Positions 1-10,716 of a stretch of DNA of 64,000 bases are shown here, piece after piece. The notes below the pieces were generated by a model. It was given only the letters and a program-made list of their open reading frames with translations, did no database searches and was not told where the DNA came from. Made by a program: the position numbers and the translations under genes. The stretch comes from Candidatus Bathyarchaeota archaeon (GTDB lineage Archaea > Thermoproteota > Bathyarchaeia > Bathyarchaeales > Bathycorpusculaceae): NCBI GenBank assembly GCA_963767735.1, contig CAVYES010000008.1:1-64000 (forward strand), written 5' to 3'. The first letter of the stretch is position 1. Each line of letters opens with the position of its first letter.

Positions 1-58
1 GAATCGTTACGGTGACGCCGACGGCAACACCTATAATTAGTTCAAAGGTTGAGATCAT
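1..58 (-). CDS. 5' end of a membrane or secreted protein running off the window edge (MISTFELIIGVAVGVTVTI...)
   Basis: Manual translation from the ATG at 58; hydrophobic N-terminus; purine-rich RBS-like sequence upstream. Confidence 0.4.
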   Translation of the reverse strand, partial: MISTFELIIGVAVGVTVTI

Positions 59-301
59 TTTGGTGCCTCACTCAAACTTTAGTAAATGAGAGCAAGCACT
101 TAGCTTTTTAGTATATGCGCCTTTAATGGGAGCTAATAGGTGTCTTTTGGAACTGAAATTTCAGGTTGCATCTTCGGAATTCAGATGTACCTTTACTTCG
201 CCTGATTTAACGAAGAACTCTTTGTGACATGTTTTCTTAATGCTTATTAAACCAAACGAACAGTACCTTAACTGCTGTCTATAATATGTATAGCGATCAA
301 C

Positions 302-1086
302 ATGGTAATCTTGGTAGTTTCTGATGTTCATTTAGGCTATTCGCAGTCAAACGTTGATGAGTTTGATGCGTTCCTTCAAACTGCGATTGATAGAGCTGAC
401 GTTGATACATTGGTGATCTTGGGCGACTTCATCGACATGTGGCGAAGAGACATAATCGGTCTATTTCTTGAAAACCATCAAATCTTGCAATCTCTTCTTA
501 CACTGCAACAGAAAAAGACACTCTACTACGTTGCAGGCAACCATGATTATCATCTGCTAAAATTAGTTGACCATAAATACCCTCTCGAATTTAAACGGGA
601 CCTTACATTGCAAGGAAAAGATGTCACCTACGTGTTTAAACATGGATATGAATTCGATTCTGATCAATGGCCACCCATTATGGAATTACTATGCGACACC
701 ACAACTGATGAAGTCGGACAGGTAAGGTCTGACATATGGGACAGGCTTGTTTCAGCCGGTCAAACTTTGGCAAGTTCATAAAGTACCTCATTGAAATACT
801 GCATTATTGCAAAGAAAATTACGTGCAACATTTGCTTACACCACCAAAAGCTGCGGTTATCCACCACTTTTGGCGAGGTCGAACAAAAAGCAGCTCAGAG
901 TGTACAGAGACGGTCAGGTTTGCCATTGGTCACACTCATAGACCATTCGTTAGCCCCACTCAAAACTTGGTGAATACGGGATCGTGGGTCAAAGACGAAG
1001 AAACGTTTAACACTTATGCAGAGCTTAACGGAAAGAACATACAGATAATGCGGTATAGTCGGGGCAATATTACCGATATTTATTAG
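302..1086 (+). CDS. Calcineurin-like metallophosphoesterase (LpxH-like), frameshifted into 3 ORFs
   Basis: Motifs SDVHLG, LGDFID, GNHD and HG in 302..781; GHTH and NTGSW in 736..1086. Confidence 0.85.
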
Positions 1087-1465
1087 AGAAATGACGCGCA
1101 TCGTTTAACAAGAAACTTTGATTTTACTTTGTATATTCCTAATAATTCTTAGAATCTCTATTGCCCGATTCATCAATCTTCTCTCCTGTTCGCTTCTTAT
1201 TTGAGAAGAGAAAATTATTATTATTTGTAAAGGTTTTGAACCCTTTTGGGTATGGGGACGGGCAGCTTCAAATCTTGTAAGATTATGCGAAAAAGCTGAA
1301 ATAAGACTCTGGCCAGCGAGGACTCATACCATCGCGCTATCTGAATTCCCTGTGAATAAGCAATCTTTATATAAAGGCACAGTTTAAGAAGAAAAACATA
1401 TAAACCCGAAAATCGGGTAGAGAAAAATTTTTCTAACAAAATTTTATCCTATTGAAGGTTAAATC

Positions 1466-1899
1466 ATGATCTCAAACATTTCCAAAGGAACAGGAACAAA
1501 ACTCTCCAAAAACGCCATTATACTTGCCATAGTGATGATTGTGAACGTCGTGATAATCATCCTCTTAACTCCAATTGGCTTTGAGACTCGCCCGATATCC
1601 GCCTTGAAGATGCTCGGCTACATCGCGATTACTACTATTTTTGTTGGTCTCGCATTGGACCTGACGTCAATCGTCCTCCTTCTCTTCAAGAGAGCCAGAG
1701 TTAGATTAGCTTCGAGTCTGGCGATCATCAGCGTGGTCCTCTTCTTCCTGATCATTTCGATAGATCGAACCGGTTCCTTCTTTCGGTACCAACCCCTCCT
1801 GCAATTAACACCCTCGAATACCTCTTCACTGCTGTACTAATCGTAACTCTCATTATAGCGTCATTGGTTTATAGAGGGAGTAAACCCGCTTCAAACTAA
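1466..1899 (+). CDS. Small 4-TM membrane protein, frameshift near 1785
   Basis: Three hydrophobic helices in ORF 1466..1840; the alternate frame continues PTPPAINTLEYLFTAVLIVTLIIASLVYRGSKPASN* to 1899. Confidence 0.6.
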
Positions 1900-2587
1900 T
1901 GATTTCTGTCGAACCCAAACACAAAATGATGTTAGAGGAGATTTTTTTGTTAAGACCTATCGACGTAGTTCGTTGTTTTCATAATGCATTTCGTCGGGAC
2001 ATGTCCCAAATCGACACTTCAGTACTTAACATAGCACGTGAGGGTGGAGACATGGCTCCCATTTTTGACCGACTCCAAATCATAAGCGAAATCTTGGACT
2101 ATCATGCAAGAGGTGAGGAGGCAGCGGTTTTCCCAGCTGTCGACAACATCGCACCTCTTGTAGCCAAAGCCTACATCATGGATCACCGTGAACTTGACAA
2201 CATGGTTCACGGGTTAGAAGCAATCCGCAAAGCACCTGACCCTTTAACAACAGCTAGAGCAACAGCAGTCTTAAACTCGCATCTGCGAATTCATTTAGAC
2301 AAGGAAGACGCGCATCTCTATCCAATTCTCAGAGAACGAACAACAGATGACGAGCAGATCTCAATTGGTAAGATCATGGCGAGTAAAACGCCTCCAGAAC
2401 GGTCCCTATTCAGGTTCAATGGCTATTCCCTTTACTTGACCTTGATGACCAAGTGACAGTTACAAGATTATTGATGTCGATGATGCCTCCGCCAGTTTTC
2501 ACTATGGTCAAGCCACTCATAAAAAAGAGCGTTTCCGCAAACTGGGCTATGTTGACTCAGCAGATCCCAGAACTATCCGACAAGTAA
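1899..2587 (+). CDS. Hemerythrin HHE cation-binding domain protein, frameshift near 2400
   Basis: FHNAFRRD, HARGEE..FP, DH, HLRIHLDKEDAHLYP motifs; continuation in another frame to TAA 2587. Confidence 0.8.
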
Positions 2588-2617
2588 GCCTTCAAAACTC
2601 TCCAAGATTTAGGTAAG

Positions 2618-2644
2618 TGGTGGGGCCGCTGGGTGTCAAACCCA
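2618..2644 (-). other. Degenerate tRNA 3'-end fragment (T-arm + acceptor + CCA, Pro-like); possible relic att site
   Basis: Minus strand reads TGGG-TTTGACA-CCCA-GCGGCCCCACCA; no 5' tRNA half adjacent. Confidence 0.55.
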
Positions 2645-2647
2645 TTT

Positions 2648-2990
2648 CAGACTGTGTGAAAAGTCTCTTTCTGTGCTCGCTACTTACCGTTAAGCTTAAA
2701 GCTAGCTTTAGAACAACTGAAAAACCATGAGCGAACACGAAAACGGAACCCACAGAGACCAAACAGTGCTGTTCCCAGACACCATTGACAAATACGTTGA
2801 AAAAGAAAACCCTGTAAAGTTCATCGACGCATTCGTCGACAGCCTCAACTTGGAAAAGCTTGGTTTCAAGCACTCAGTACTGGCTGATACCGGCAGGCCT
2901 TCCTACAACCCTTCAGATTTGCTAAAGCTCTACATTTACGGCTACCTCAACCAAGTGAGACCCAGCAGAAAACTCGAACAAGAACGCCCT
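2648..2990 (+). mobile_element. Truncated IS1182-family element: left end plus N-terminal transposase fragment
   Basis: ORF 2727 begins ...NPVKFIDAFVDSL...GRPSYNPSDLLKLYIYGYLNQVRPSRKLE (DUF772/IS1182 signature), then similarity stops; CAGACTGTGTGAAAAGTC at 2648-2665 resembles IS1182-type ends. Confidence 0.85.
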
Positions 2991-3115
2991 CATCAATTAA
3001 GCCATAGTTTTCTGTGGACTCTAAAGTTTACTTTGCCACAAAAGAGGTTAAAAAGGGAGCATAAAAAAGCAAAAAATAAATCTTTGAAATCCATTTCTTT
3101 TAATGGCGAATTTTT

Positions 3116-3679
3116 ATGGCTGAAAAGAAAAAACCAGTCGAGAAAGAAGAAACTTCTAAAAAAACCGAAATAACAATTGCAAAAAAGAAGGTAGCCCCAA
3201 TACGCAAACCTCAGAGGGTACCCTATGTTTTAGCTCCAACTGTTCCTTCAGATCTTTACCAAGCGTTTGACGATACCTTTGAACGGTTCAGAAGCGATTT
3301 TGAAGACGTAATTTTTCCATCGTTCTGGGATAAAGCAATGACTTTACTTCCTGAAACGCGCATTCCAGCAATAGACTTGGAAGACAACGAAAAAGATTAT
3401 CGAATGAAGGCTGAAATGCCAGGCTTTAAAAAAGAAGACATCGAAATCGACGTTAGTGACACCTCTGTAGTTGTAACAGGCGCGGTAGGATGGAAATACG
3501 ACAAGAAAGAACACGAATACTTATGCAAAGAAAGAGCATGCAAAACATTCTACAGAGTAGTAGACCTACCCGAAGAGATAAAATCAGACGAAGTCACAGC
3601 CGACCTGACCGAGGGCGTTTTGCAAATTACGCTTCCCAAAAAAAACCCAAAACAAAAACGAAAAGTCAAAGTATCATAA
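3116..3679 (+). CDS. Hsp20/alpha-crystallin small heat-shock protein
   Basis: PAIDLED...AEMPGFKKEDIEI...FYRVVDLPEEI...A.L.EGVLQITLPK. Confidence 0.92.
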   Translation: MAEKKKPVEKEETSKKTEITIAKKKVAPIRKPQRVPYVLAPTVPSDLYQAFDDTFERFRSDFEDVIFPSFWDKAMTLLPETRIPAIDLEDNEKDYRMKAEMPGFKKEDIEIDVSDTSVVVTGAVGWKYDKKEHEYLCKERACKTFYRVVDLPEEIKSDEVTADLTEGVLQITLPKKNPKQKRKVKVS

Positions 3680-3872
3680 ACAACAAATTTTCCATTTTTT
3701 TTCAAAAAAGCAAAACTCCAATTTTCACACCAAAACCATAAATCAAGCCCCAAGCCTTCCATAAATGGGAAGAGGGCACTTTTTACAGGAATATTCCCGC
3801 TAAACTTCAGCTCAAAGAAATAAAACGAAAAATGCACAAGGAAGTAACTATTTTCATCCATGGCGTATCTTT

Positions 3873-4082
3873 TTAGAGAAGCTTTAATTTTTTTTCTATA
3901 AGTACGAATGCAACGTAATCAAGAATCCCTAGAATCACCAGAGTTAGGCCAAGAGGCTTGGATAGCTCAAATATTGAGTAAACTCCAAAAGCAAGAAGGA
4001 CAAGCCCTGCAATACCCATGATTCCAAGAAGAGTCAGCACTTTTCCGCTAACAGCTTCCTTTTGACTCGTTTGTTTAGTCAT
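3873..4082 (-). CDS. Small 2-TM hypothetical protein
   Basis: 69-aa ORF with two hydrophobic helices. Confidence 0.6.
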   Translation of the reverse strand: MTKQTSQKEAVSGKVLTLLGIMGIAGLVLLAFGVYSIFELSKPLGLTLVILGILDYVAFVLIEKKLKLL

Positions 4083-4249
4083 TTTTTAACTCTCTCAGCG
4101 CACCTTGGAATAAATGGGAATAAACTAATAATGGTTTTGAGTTCAGGAGCAAATTTTTTTACGTTCTGCATGCGCATACTCTTCTCCTTTGTAATCACCG
4201 CGCCCCACCAAAATAAAAACAAATAAAATATTACTTACTTTCCATAATA

Positions 4250-4489
4250 GTGTTCTTGGTGGCGAAAATGGTTGATTCAGATAACGCAGATTTTGGAATG
4301 CTAGTTGTATCCGTAGGAGTGATTTTAGCTATAATAGGCTTTATTTTGTTAGTATTTTTTGCCGTTGTTAATCCATCTGTCCAACCTGGCGCTACTCCAA
4401 TTCAAATTCAAAAAGTCTACACTTCAGTCGGATTCATCATTTTCGGTATCATTCTAGTACCAGTTGGGGATTTTATTTCAAAACGATAA
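4250..4489 (+). CDS. Small 2-TM hypothetical protein
   Basis: 79-aa ORF with two hydrophobic helices. Confidence 0.55.
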   Translation: MFLVAKMVDSDNADFGMLVVSVGVILAIIGFILLVFFAVVNPSVQPGATPIQIQKVYTSVGFIIFGIILVPVGDFISKR

Positions 4490-4691
4490 TTAAAAATTTA
4501 GATTTTAAGATTCCACGTTTTTGTTTTCTTTGTCTGGATAAATTGAAGGGGATTTTTGAGAGAGAGCGCTGCGCGCTACGGTGTTTCTTCTATTGCTCCA
4601 CAACTCCCTAAGCTATCTTTGAACAAAAAGGTTTTTCATAGCACTTCAATGAATGCTCGCATTATAAGATTTTTGAAGAAAAAAATTCCAA

Positions 4692-5855
4692 TTAAGGAGA
4701 ATTCCCATGGACTTTTTCCGCGCGCGTTATCCGCTTCTTTGCAATGATAACCGCAGACAAGACTGTGATCATAAAGACAACCAACGTAATTATTAGCAAT
4801 TGGGCTGGAAATTCTGGAATTGTAGGGGATGGGGAAGCAGTTGTCGCCGTGCTTATCACCGAAACCGAATTACTGCTAAAATTTGTAACATAGGCATACG
4901 CACCATTGGGCGTTACAGCCACACCTGTAGGCTCGCTTCCAACGGTTACCGTCGCCGTCACCGCATTCGTAGCCGTGCTAATCACCGAGACTGTGTTGCC
5001 CTCGTAATTTGCAACATAGGCGTATGCACCGTTGGGCGTTACAGCCACACCAACAGGAATGTTTCCAACGGTTACCGTTGCCGTCACCGCATTCGTAGCC
5101 GTGCTAATCACCGAAACCGAATTGTTACCGCTATTTGCGACATAAACATATGCACCGTTAGGCGTTACAGCCACACCGGCTGGATAGCCTCCTACAGGTA
5201 CCGTCGCCGTCACCGCATTCGTAGCCGTGCTAATCACCGAAACCGAATTACTGCCAAGATTTGCAACATAGGCATATGCACCGTTGGGCGTTACAGCCAC
5301 ACCGCCAGGCTCGTCTTCAACGGTTACCGTCGCCGTCACCGCATTCGTAGCCGTGCTAACCACCGAAACCGACTTGCTACCGTAATTTGTGACATAGGCA
5401 TATGCACCGTTGGGCGTTACAGCCACACCAACAGGCTCGCTTCCAACGGTTACCGTCGCCGTCACCGCATTCGTCGATGTGTCTACCACCGAGACTGTAG
5501 TGCCGCCGCTATTGGTTATATAGGCGTATGCGCCGTTGGGCGTTAGAGCCAAGTCCGCTGACAAAACTGTGCAGAGACTACCGGTAGGCTTGCTTCCAAC
5601 GGTTGCCGTCGCCGTCACCGCATTCGTAGCCGTGCTAACCACCGAGGCTGTGTTGTTCTCGTAATTTGCAACATAGGCGTATGCACCGTTGGGCGTTACA
5701 GCCACACCGCCAGGCTCGCTTCCAACAGGTACCGTCGCCGTCACCGTATTCGCAGCGTGAACTGGCTGAGGCAATAATGCGAAAGCACAGAATAAGAAGA
5801 AGATAGCGAGAAGGATGCAGCCAACTCTCAGGGTCTTTGTTGTCCCATGCGTCAT
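4692..5855 (-). CDS. Secreted YVTN/YncE-type 7-bladed beta-propeller with PEF-CTERM-like anchor
   Basis: Signal peptide; seven 42-aa repeats (GVAVTPNGAYAYV.N); C-terminal TIPEFP + TM + KKR. Confidence 0.92.
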   Translation of the reverse strand: MTHGTTKTLRVGCILLAIFFLFCAFALLPQPVHAANTVTATVPVGSEPGGVAVTPNGAYAYVANYENNTASVVSTATNAVTATATVGSKPTGSLCTVLSADLALTPNGAYAYITNSGGTTVSVVDTSTNAVTATVTVGSEPVGVAVTPNGAYAYVTNYGSKSVSVVSTATNAVTATVTVEDEPGGVAVTPNGAYAYVANLGSNSVSVISTATNAVTATVPVGGYPAGVAVTPNGAYVYVANSGNNSVSVISTATNAVTATVTVGNIPVGVAVTPNGAYAYVANYEGNTVSVISTATNAVTATVTVGSEPTGVAVTPNGAYAYVTNFSSNSVSVISTATTASPSPTIPEFPAQLLIITLVVFMITVLSAVIIAKKRITRAEKVHGNSP

Positions 5856-6630
5856 TCTTTCACCTCACCAGTCAAACCCTTCACTGATGTTAGCGGTATG
5901 CTTGCAGTGTAGGTGCACGTAAGAGCTTTAGATTGCATACCCGCTAATTCAGAAATTAATAACGAAAACGATATTGGAAATCTAATCATAAAAACTTTGG
6001 TTTTCTTCATGTTTTTTCATCCTTTCATGTTTCTTGTTAACTAAAATTTGTACTCATCAAATGAAAGTCGGCGAATCAGGCACGGTCCAGACGTAGAGCT
6101 TGAAAACAGAATATAAATCTATGTGATTGATAACGAACAGTAACAAATCGTAACACATAACTGCGAAGTCTCTATCGAAAGTTCAGAATCCGCTGATGAA
6201 ATTTGGTCTTTAGAGTGCAAGCGCTAGCCCATCGCGTGCGCCGCTTCTATGTGCATTCTCTTGCGGTACATAGTACTCCGATCTTCCTGACTGTAAATCC
6301 GTAATTTTGTATCGCTGCTCTACCTGATCGTCACGTTTTAACTGTGACGACAGTTTAAGGCTGAACAGACCCGAAAAAAGCAGATGCATCACCATGCTTG
6401 CGAGATAAGCAGAAATTAGCATAAAGAAATCGATTTAGCAACGAGCTGGCGCGCGGGCTTGTCCCGATATTATGTGTTGAAGAAAGTAGGTGAGACTCTT
6501 TGTCGTGTCTGCCGACGTTTTCTGCTGCTTCTGTTCAGAACAAAGCACAATATGCTGTACAAGGATTAGCATGCAACGTTTTCTAAGCTTCTGACTTTAT
6601 TCGTGGCATTTTAGGGACAAACAAGCGTGT

Positions 6631-6740
6631 TGTTGACTTTCCTTGACGTTTTTTGACTTTTCTTGCGTCTATTGACTTTCTTTGACTTTTGTTGACGCAA
6701 CCTGCAAACAATTCAAACCCTAAACCAAAAAAGCAACTTA
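6631..6740 (-). repeat. Leader + 10-bp array element, copy A (7 units, core GTCAA)
   Basis: Leader 6700-6736 is the exact reverse complement of 38444-38480; TTGAC at 6633, 6643, 6653, (6663 degenerate), 6672, 6682, 6692. Confidence 0.85.
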
Positions 6741-6776
6741 AAAAAAGAGCTTTGCAGAAAACCACTAAACGAAAGC

Positions 6777-7490
6777 CTACGAAAGTGCCAGTTTATGAGG
6801 GGTTCTTTTGCGCCAAACCAAAATTGCCACAATAACTGCTAAGGCAACCACTACTGCAACAACTATAAACTCATAAAACGCACTCGAATCTAACCCGAGA
6901 ATCTGCGGCTGCCAAATGTTAGTTCCAATCGTTTTTGTATAAACGGTGAATCCTTGACTTATTCCGAATCCAGTGTTAAAACCGACAGGAACCGATGAGG
7001 TTGCTTGGACAAGGATGCCTGTTTGCCTGTCCCAGTAATAGGTGCTGATATTTGTAGAGCCTGAAACAAGGGTTCGTTCATCACCTAAAACTGATCGCTG
7101 CTCCACGCTCGTTATGGTTACGTTTCCGCCTAGGAACTGATTATAGAACATATCGCCGGGATTAAGGTTTGAAGGTATAACGAAGCTGTCTCCGGGGCGC
7201 GTTTCCAAGTTCACAGTTATGTTTTCTATAAGTAAGCTTCCGTTTGTGAACCTGGTGAGGATGAAGAGGCCTATATTTTGGCCTTGAATGCTGGTGACAT
7301 TAATGCTTGCCCAAGTTACGTTGTATCGGGGAGGTGGACTTCCTGTTACTGTGACTTGATATTCCATCCAGTCGCCCTTCTTCACGCCGATTGAAATATT
7401 GGCAGAAGATATTGCAGCCGAAGCTACGGCGAATAAAGCAGTTACGACAAACACAGTTAAAACGACTGCAAGTAAGGACGATTTACGCAT
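6777..7490 (-). CDS. Secreted, C-terminally anchored hypothetical protein (GVKKGDWMEY...YYWDRQTGILV family)
   Basis: Signal peptide, beta-rich body, C-terminal TM + WRKR. Confidence 0.8.
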   Translation of the reverse strand: MRKSSLLAVVLTVFVVTALFAVASAAISSANISIGVKKGDWMEYQVTVTGSPPPRYNVTWASINVTSIQGQNIGLFILTRFTNGSLLIENITVNLETRPGDSFVIPSNLNPGDMFYNQFLGGNVTITSVEQRSVLGDERTLVSGSTNISTYYWDRQTGILVQATSSVPVGFNTGFGISQGFTVYTKTIGTNIWQPQILGLDSSAFYEFIVVAVVVALAVIVAILVWRKRTPHKLALS

Positions 7491-7694
7491 TTTAAGTCAA
7501 ATTGTAGCTGCTTTGCTTCTTTAAAAAGTTAGCGCGCTCGCGTCATAACACGATTAGAAGGGCTATCTGATACTTTGCTTTCTACAGGGATCTGCAATCT
7601 TCAAAACCTGTGTTGCTTGAAGATAAGATAGAAAAGTTTAAGGAAAGCTGATAGGGGTACCAAAAATTAAAAGTGGAAAAATGTTGAAAGCCGG

Positions 7695-8399
7695 CTATTG
7701 TTTTGGTCTTAGAAACGCTTCTTTGACATCCATTAAAAGCCAAGTACTCTTCCCAGACATGGACTTTTCCTTTATTACTTTCTTTTTAGACTTCCTAATT
7801 TCAATCGTGTTCTTGAATAATGGCGCGTCAATAACCATAGTGTGATAACCTTTTCCGTCTTCGCCGCTAACGTCTATTCCATGTTTGTCAGCCAACACTT
7901 TCAAATCCTTGATCGAAGCAGCATCAAGAACTTGCCCAAACCAGTCTTCACTAATGTAATTCAGATTTACGCAGTTAACGACCGGTTTTATGCCTGCGTT
8001 TATCTCCTCTTTTAGAACATCATAAGTGTCCTTAGACGAATTTTCAATAGGCATGATCAAACTCATACCCGCCTGCTCACACAGCATATTATAGTAAGTC
8101 TGGTGCATCTGCGCATCACTTGTACCAGCAATGTCACCTGTTACTATGCCTTCAATTCCCTCCTTCTTGTTCAAACGCATTAAAGTTGCAACCACATCCG
8201 AATCTTTTTTAATCTTAACCTTAAGCTGAATAACCCCCAAAGCCTTAGACTGCAACTCCATCACTGGAAAACTGTGAAAAATATGCGGCTTCTTATAATC
8301 ATACGAAAGAAAATAGGCAACTTCATGACCTTGTGCAATCGCCTTTTGATAAGCCAAGTAACTTTCTTTGCCCCCACTCCAGTGGACAACAACTTTCAT
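7695..8399 (-). CDS. Diphthine-ammonia ligase (Dph6)-like PP-loop ATP pyrophosphatase
   Basis: WSGGKES PP-loop; GIVTGDI; GEDG..YHT.V.DAPLFK. Confidence 0.8.
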   Translation of the reverse strand: MKVVVHWSGGKESYLAYQKAIAQGHEVAYFLSYDYKKPHIFHSFPVMELQSKALGVIQLKVKIKKDSDVVATLMRLNKKEGIEGIVTGDIAGTSDAQMHQTYYNMLCEQAGMSLIMPIENSSKDTYDVLKEEINAGIKPVVNCVNLNYISEDWFGQVLDAASIKDLKVLADKHGIDVSGEDGKGYHTMVIDAPLFKNTIEIRKSKKKVIKEKSMSGKSTWLLMDVKEAFLRPKQ

Positions 8400-8693
8400 T
8401 CAACCACGTCCATTATTCGGATGGGTTGACCAAAAGCCAATTATTAAGCATTCTGTTATTTCGACCCCACAAATCAAATCAAGAGATAAATTTACTTCCC
8501 TTTCAAATCTTCTTAATGAACTCGCAACACTTTTTCCGTTTTTGAATGAAACCGATTAATTTATCACAAAAAGCGGAATTAACCAAATTAGCCTGAACAA
8601 TCCCTCAATTTCACGTCTCGGCGCATTATCTAAAGTTTCATTTTTTACAGCGATTCTTTCAAAAAAATACCATGAGCTGCCTCTTGACTGATG

Positions 8694-10141
8694 TCACTTC
8701 ATAACTCTTATGTCCGATTTCGCGTACGAGTTTTCTTTGGTCAAATTACCGCGCTGAAGTTTTGATCTGATAGCTATGCGGAGATATGAGAAAGCTGTTA
8801 TTGTTGCCATTAAACCGTAACTGGGTCCTTTGGCGTACATGCGAAGAATGTAGGTTGGACGAAGATAGAAATGCCGGAAAGCCTTCTCGCGGATTTCCTC
8901 TAGCTCTTTCATGCTTAACCAAGGCGTTTCAAAGATAGGGGTTGTTATATCATATTTGTCGAAATCAGTTATCTTTAGCCACCCTTTCTCTTTAACCAAG
9001 TCATACATGGGTGTCCCTGGGAAAGGCGTAGCTACATCATAACAACATATGTAGTCAGGACTTATTTTTTCCGCGAACTTTATGGTCCTCCAAACGGTTT
9101 CCTTAGTTTCACCAGGGAAACCGAGGACCACGTTCGGAACTGGCATTAACCCAACCTCTCTTAACAAACCAAAGATCTTCATCGTTTGCCCAGGGGTGAT
9201 TCCTTTCCTCATTTCATCTAAAACCTGTTGCGTAGCCGGATTCAACTCCGAACCATACGGCCATGCAACCCGCATCCTTCATTGTGATGAGCAGCTCTTT
9301 TGTAATCATGTCTACACGGGTTCCGCAGCTCCATGTTATCTTCAGCTTTCGGTTTTTGATCTCCTTGCATATTTCTTCGGTTCTGACTTTATCGAGGGTG
9401 AATACGTCGTCGGCGAATGTAAATTGGGTCGCGCCGTAAGTTTCATGAAGAAACTCAAGCTCATCCACGACGTTTTTGGGGCTCCTCGCACGATATTTTC
9501 GCCCGTGCATTCTGACCGTTGAGCAGAATTCGCACCAGTAGGCGCAGCCACGGCTCGACATCAAGTAGAATATGTCCTCGTATTTTCGGATGCGCTCCAT
9601 AGGCCATAAATGAAGAGCTGGGAAAGGAAGTTCATCAAGATTCTCTATGGGCGGTCTATCTGGATTCCGCGTGATTTTTCCGTCTTTTCTGCAGGTGATT
9701 CCTATACACGTCATAGAAGCTTTTGCCTGCTTCAATTCTCTGCACCAGCTCCAACAGCGTATTTTCTCCCTCTCTCCTAACAACAACATCTAACTCAGGG
9801 CACTCCTCCAGAGCCTTGTCATCCCAGAAAGTGGCATGAATGCCCCCGAGAATGGTTAAGCAGTTAGGACACGCTTCCTTAGCGATTTTTGCTACGCGCA
9901 ATGCACATTTGTAGGTGAGTGTGGACGACGTTACTCCGACTATGTTGGGTTGGCGCTTGCTGATTTCGCTTCTAAAATCTTCATCTGAAAGCTTAAGTGC
10001 TGGGAAGTCAATCACGTCAACTTCATAGTGATTTTTCTCTAAAACAGCAGCCAAATACCCCAAACCTAACACGGCTAAGGGCAAATGCACCGCCGATCCC
10101 CTCGGGGAAGGCGGATTCACAAGGGTTACATGCGGCTTCAT
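8694..10141 (-). CDS. B12-binding-domain (class B) radical SAM protein, frameshifted into 3 ORFs
   Basis: LVNPP..LGLGYLAAVL, GGIHAT, VRREGE, SSRGCAYWCEFC, FGVESG, GFPGET, ATPFPGT across ORFs 9656..10177, 9214..9789 and 8694..9275. Confidence 0.88.
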
Positions 10142-10716
10142 TTTTCCTTCACTGATGTTTATTCTTCCAAAATACATGAGCCGATGCTTAAATGTTTCGC
10201 CAAGTGTCTACTCATGCAAGCATAAAAAAAGTTTGATGAAAAAACATGAAAGCGAACTCGAATTCTCTAACAGAAAAGGAAAAAGCGTTTCAGTAAGTGT
10301 ATTGAACATCACAAAAGTCATCCATATAATTACAATTTCTCGAATTTTTGGTCTCACATTACTTTGTTTGAAGTCTCCAACTCTTGTCAACGGTATTCTA
10401 TACTTGGTTGCTACAACAATAGCGTTGTTTTGCTTTGGGTGCTTTAATTATGCTGGTCTAATAACCTGTTTGTTACAATGGGGTGGTAGTTGCAGTCGTT
10501 GTTATTGTTGCCATAGTTGTTATTTTGCTGTTTCGAGATAGGCAGAAAGCTATGCCCAAAAACCCGTAGCCTAGTCAGAACTCTACTTTAGTTTTGGTCT
10601 ATCCCGCTCAAAACTTGTTGATTAGTTAATTAGGAAAAGCTTAAAATCCTCTTAGCTACATTACCTACGACTTATCGAAATCAGAATGATTAGTCATTCT
10701 AATAGTCTTTCAGGCA

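Noticed and set aside
4195-4210. CCGCGCCCCACCA as a second tRNA 3' end
   Set aside because: There is no T-arm upstream, and it is too short to support.
4800-5546. 248-aa Arg/His-rich repetitive ORF and similar antisense ORFs across 45-64 kb
   Set aside because: These are shadow frames of repetitive genes on the opposite strand.
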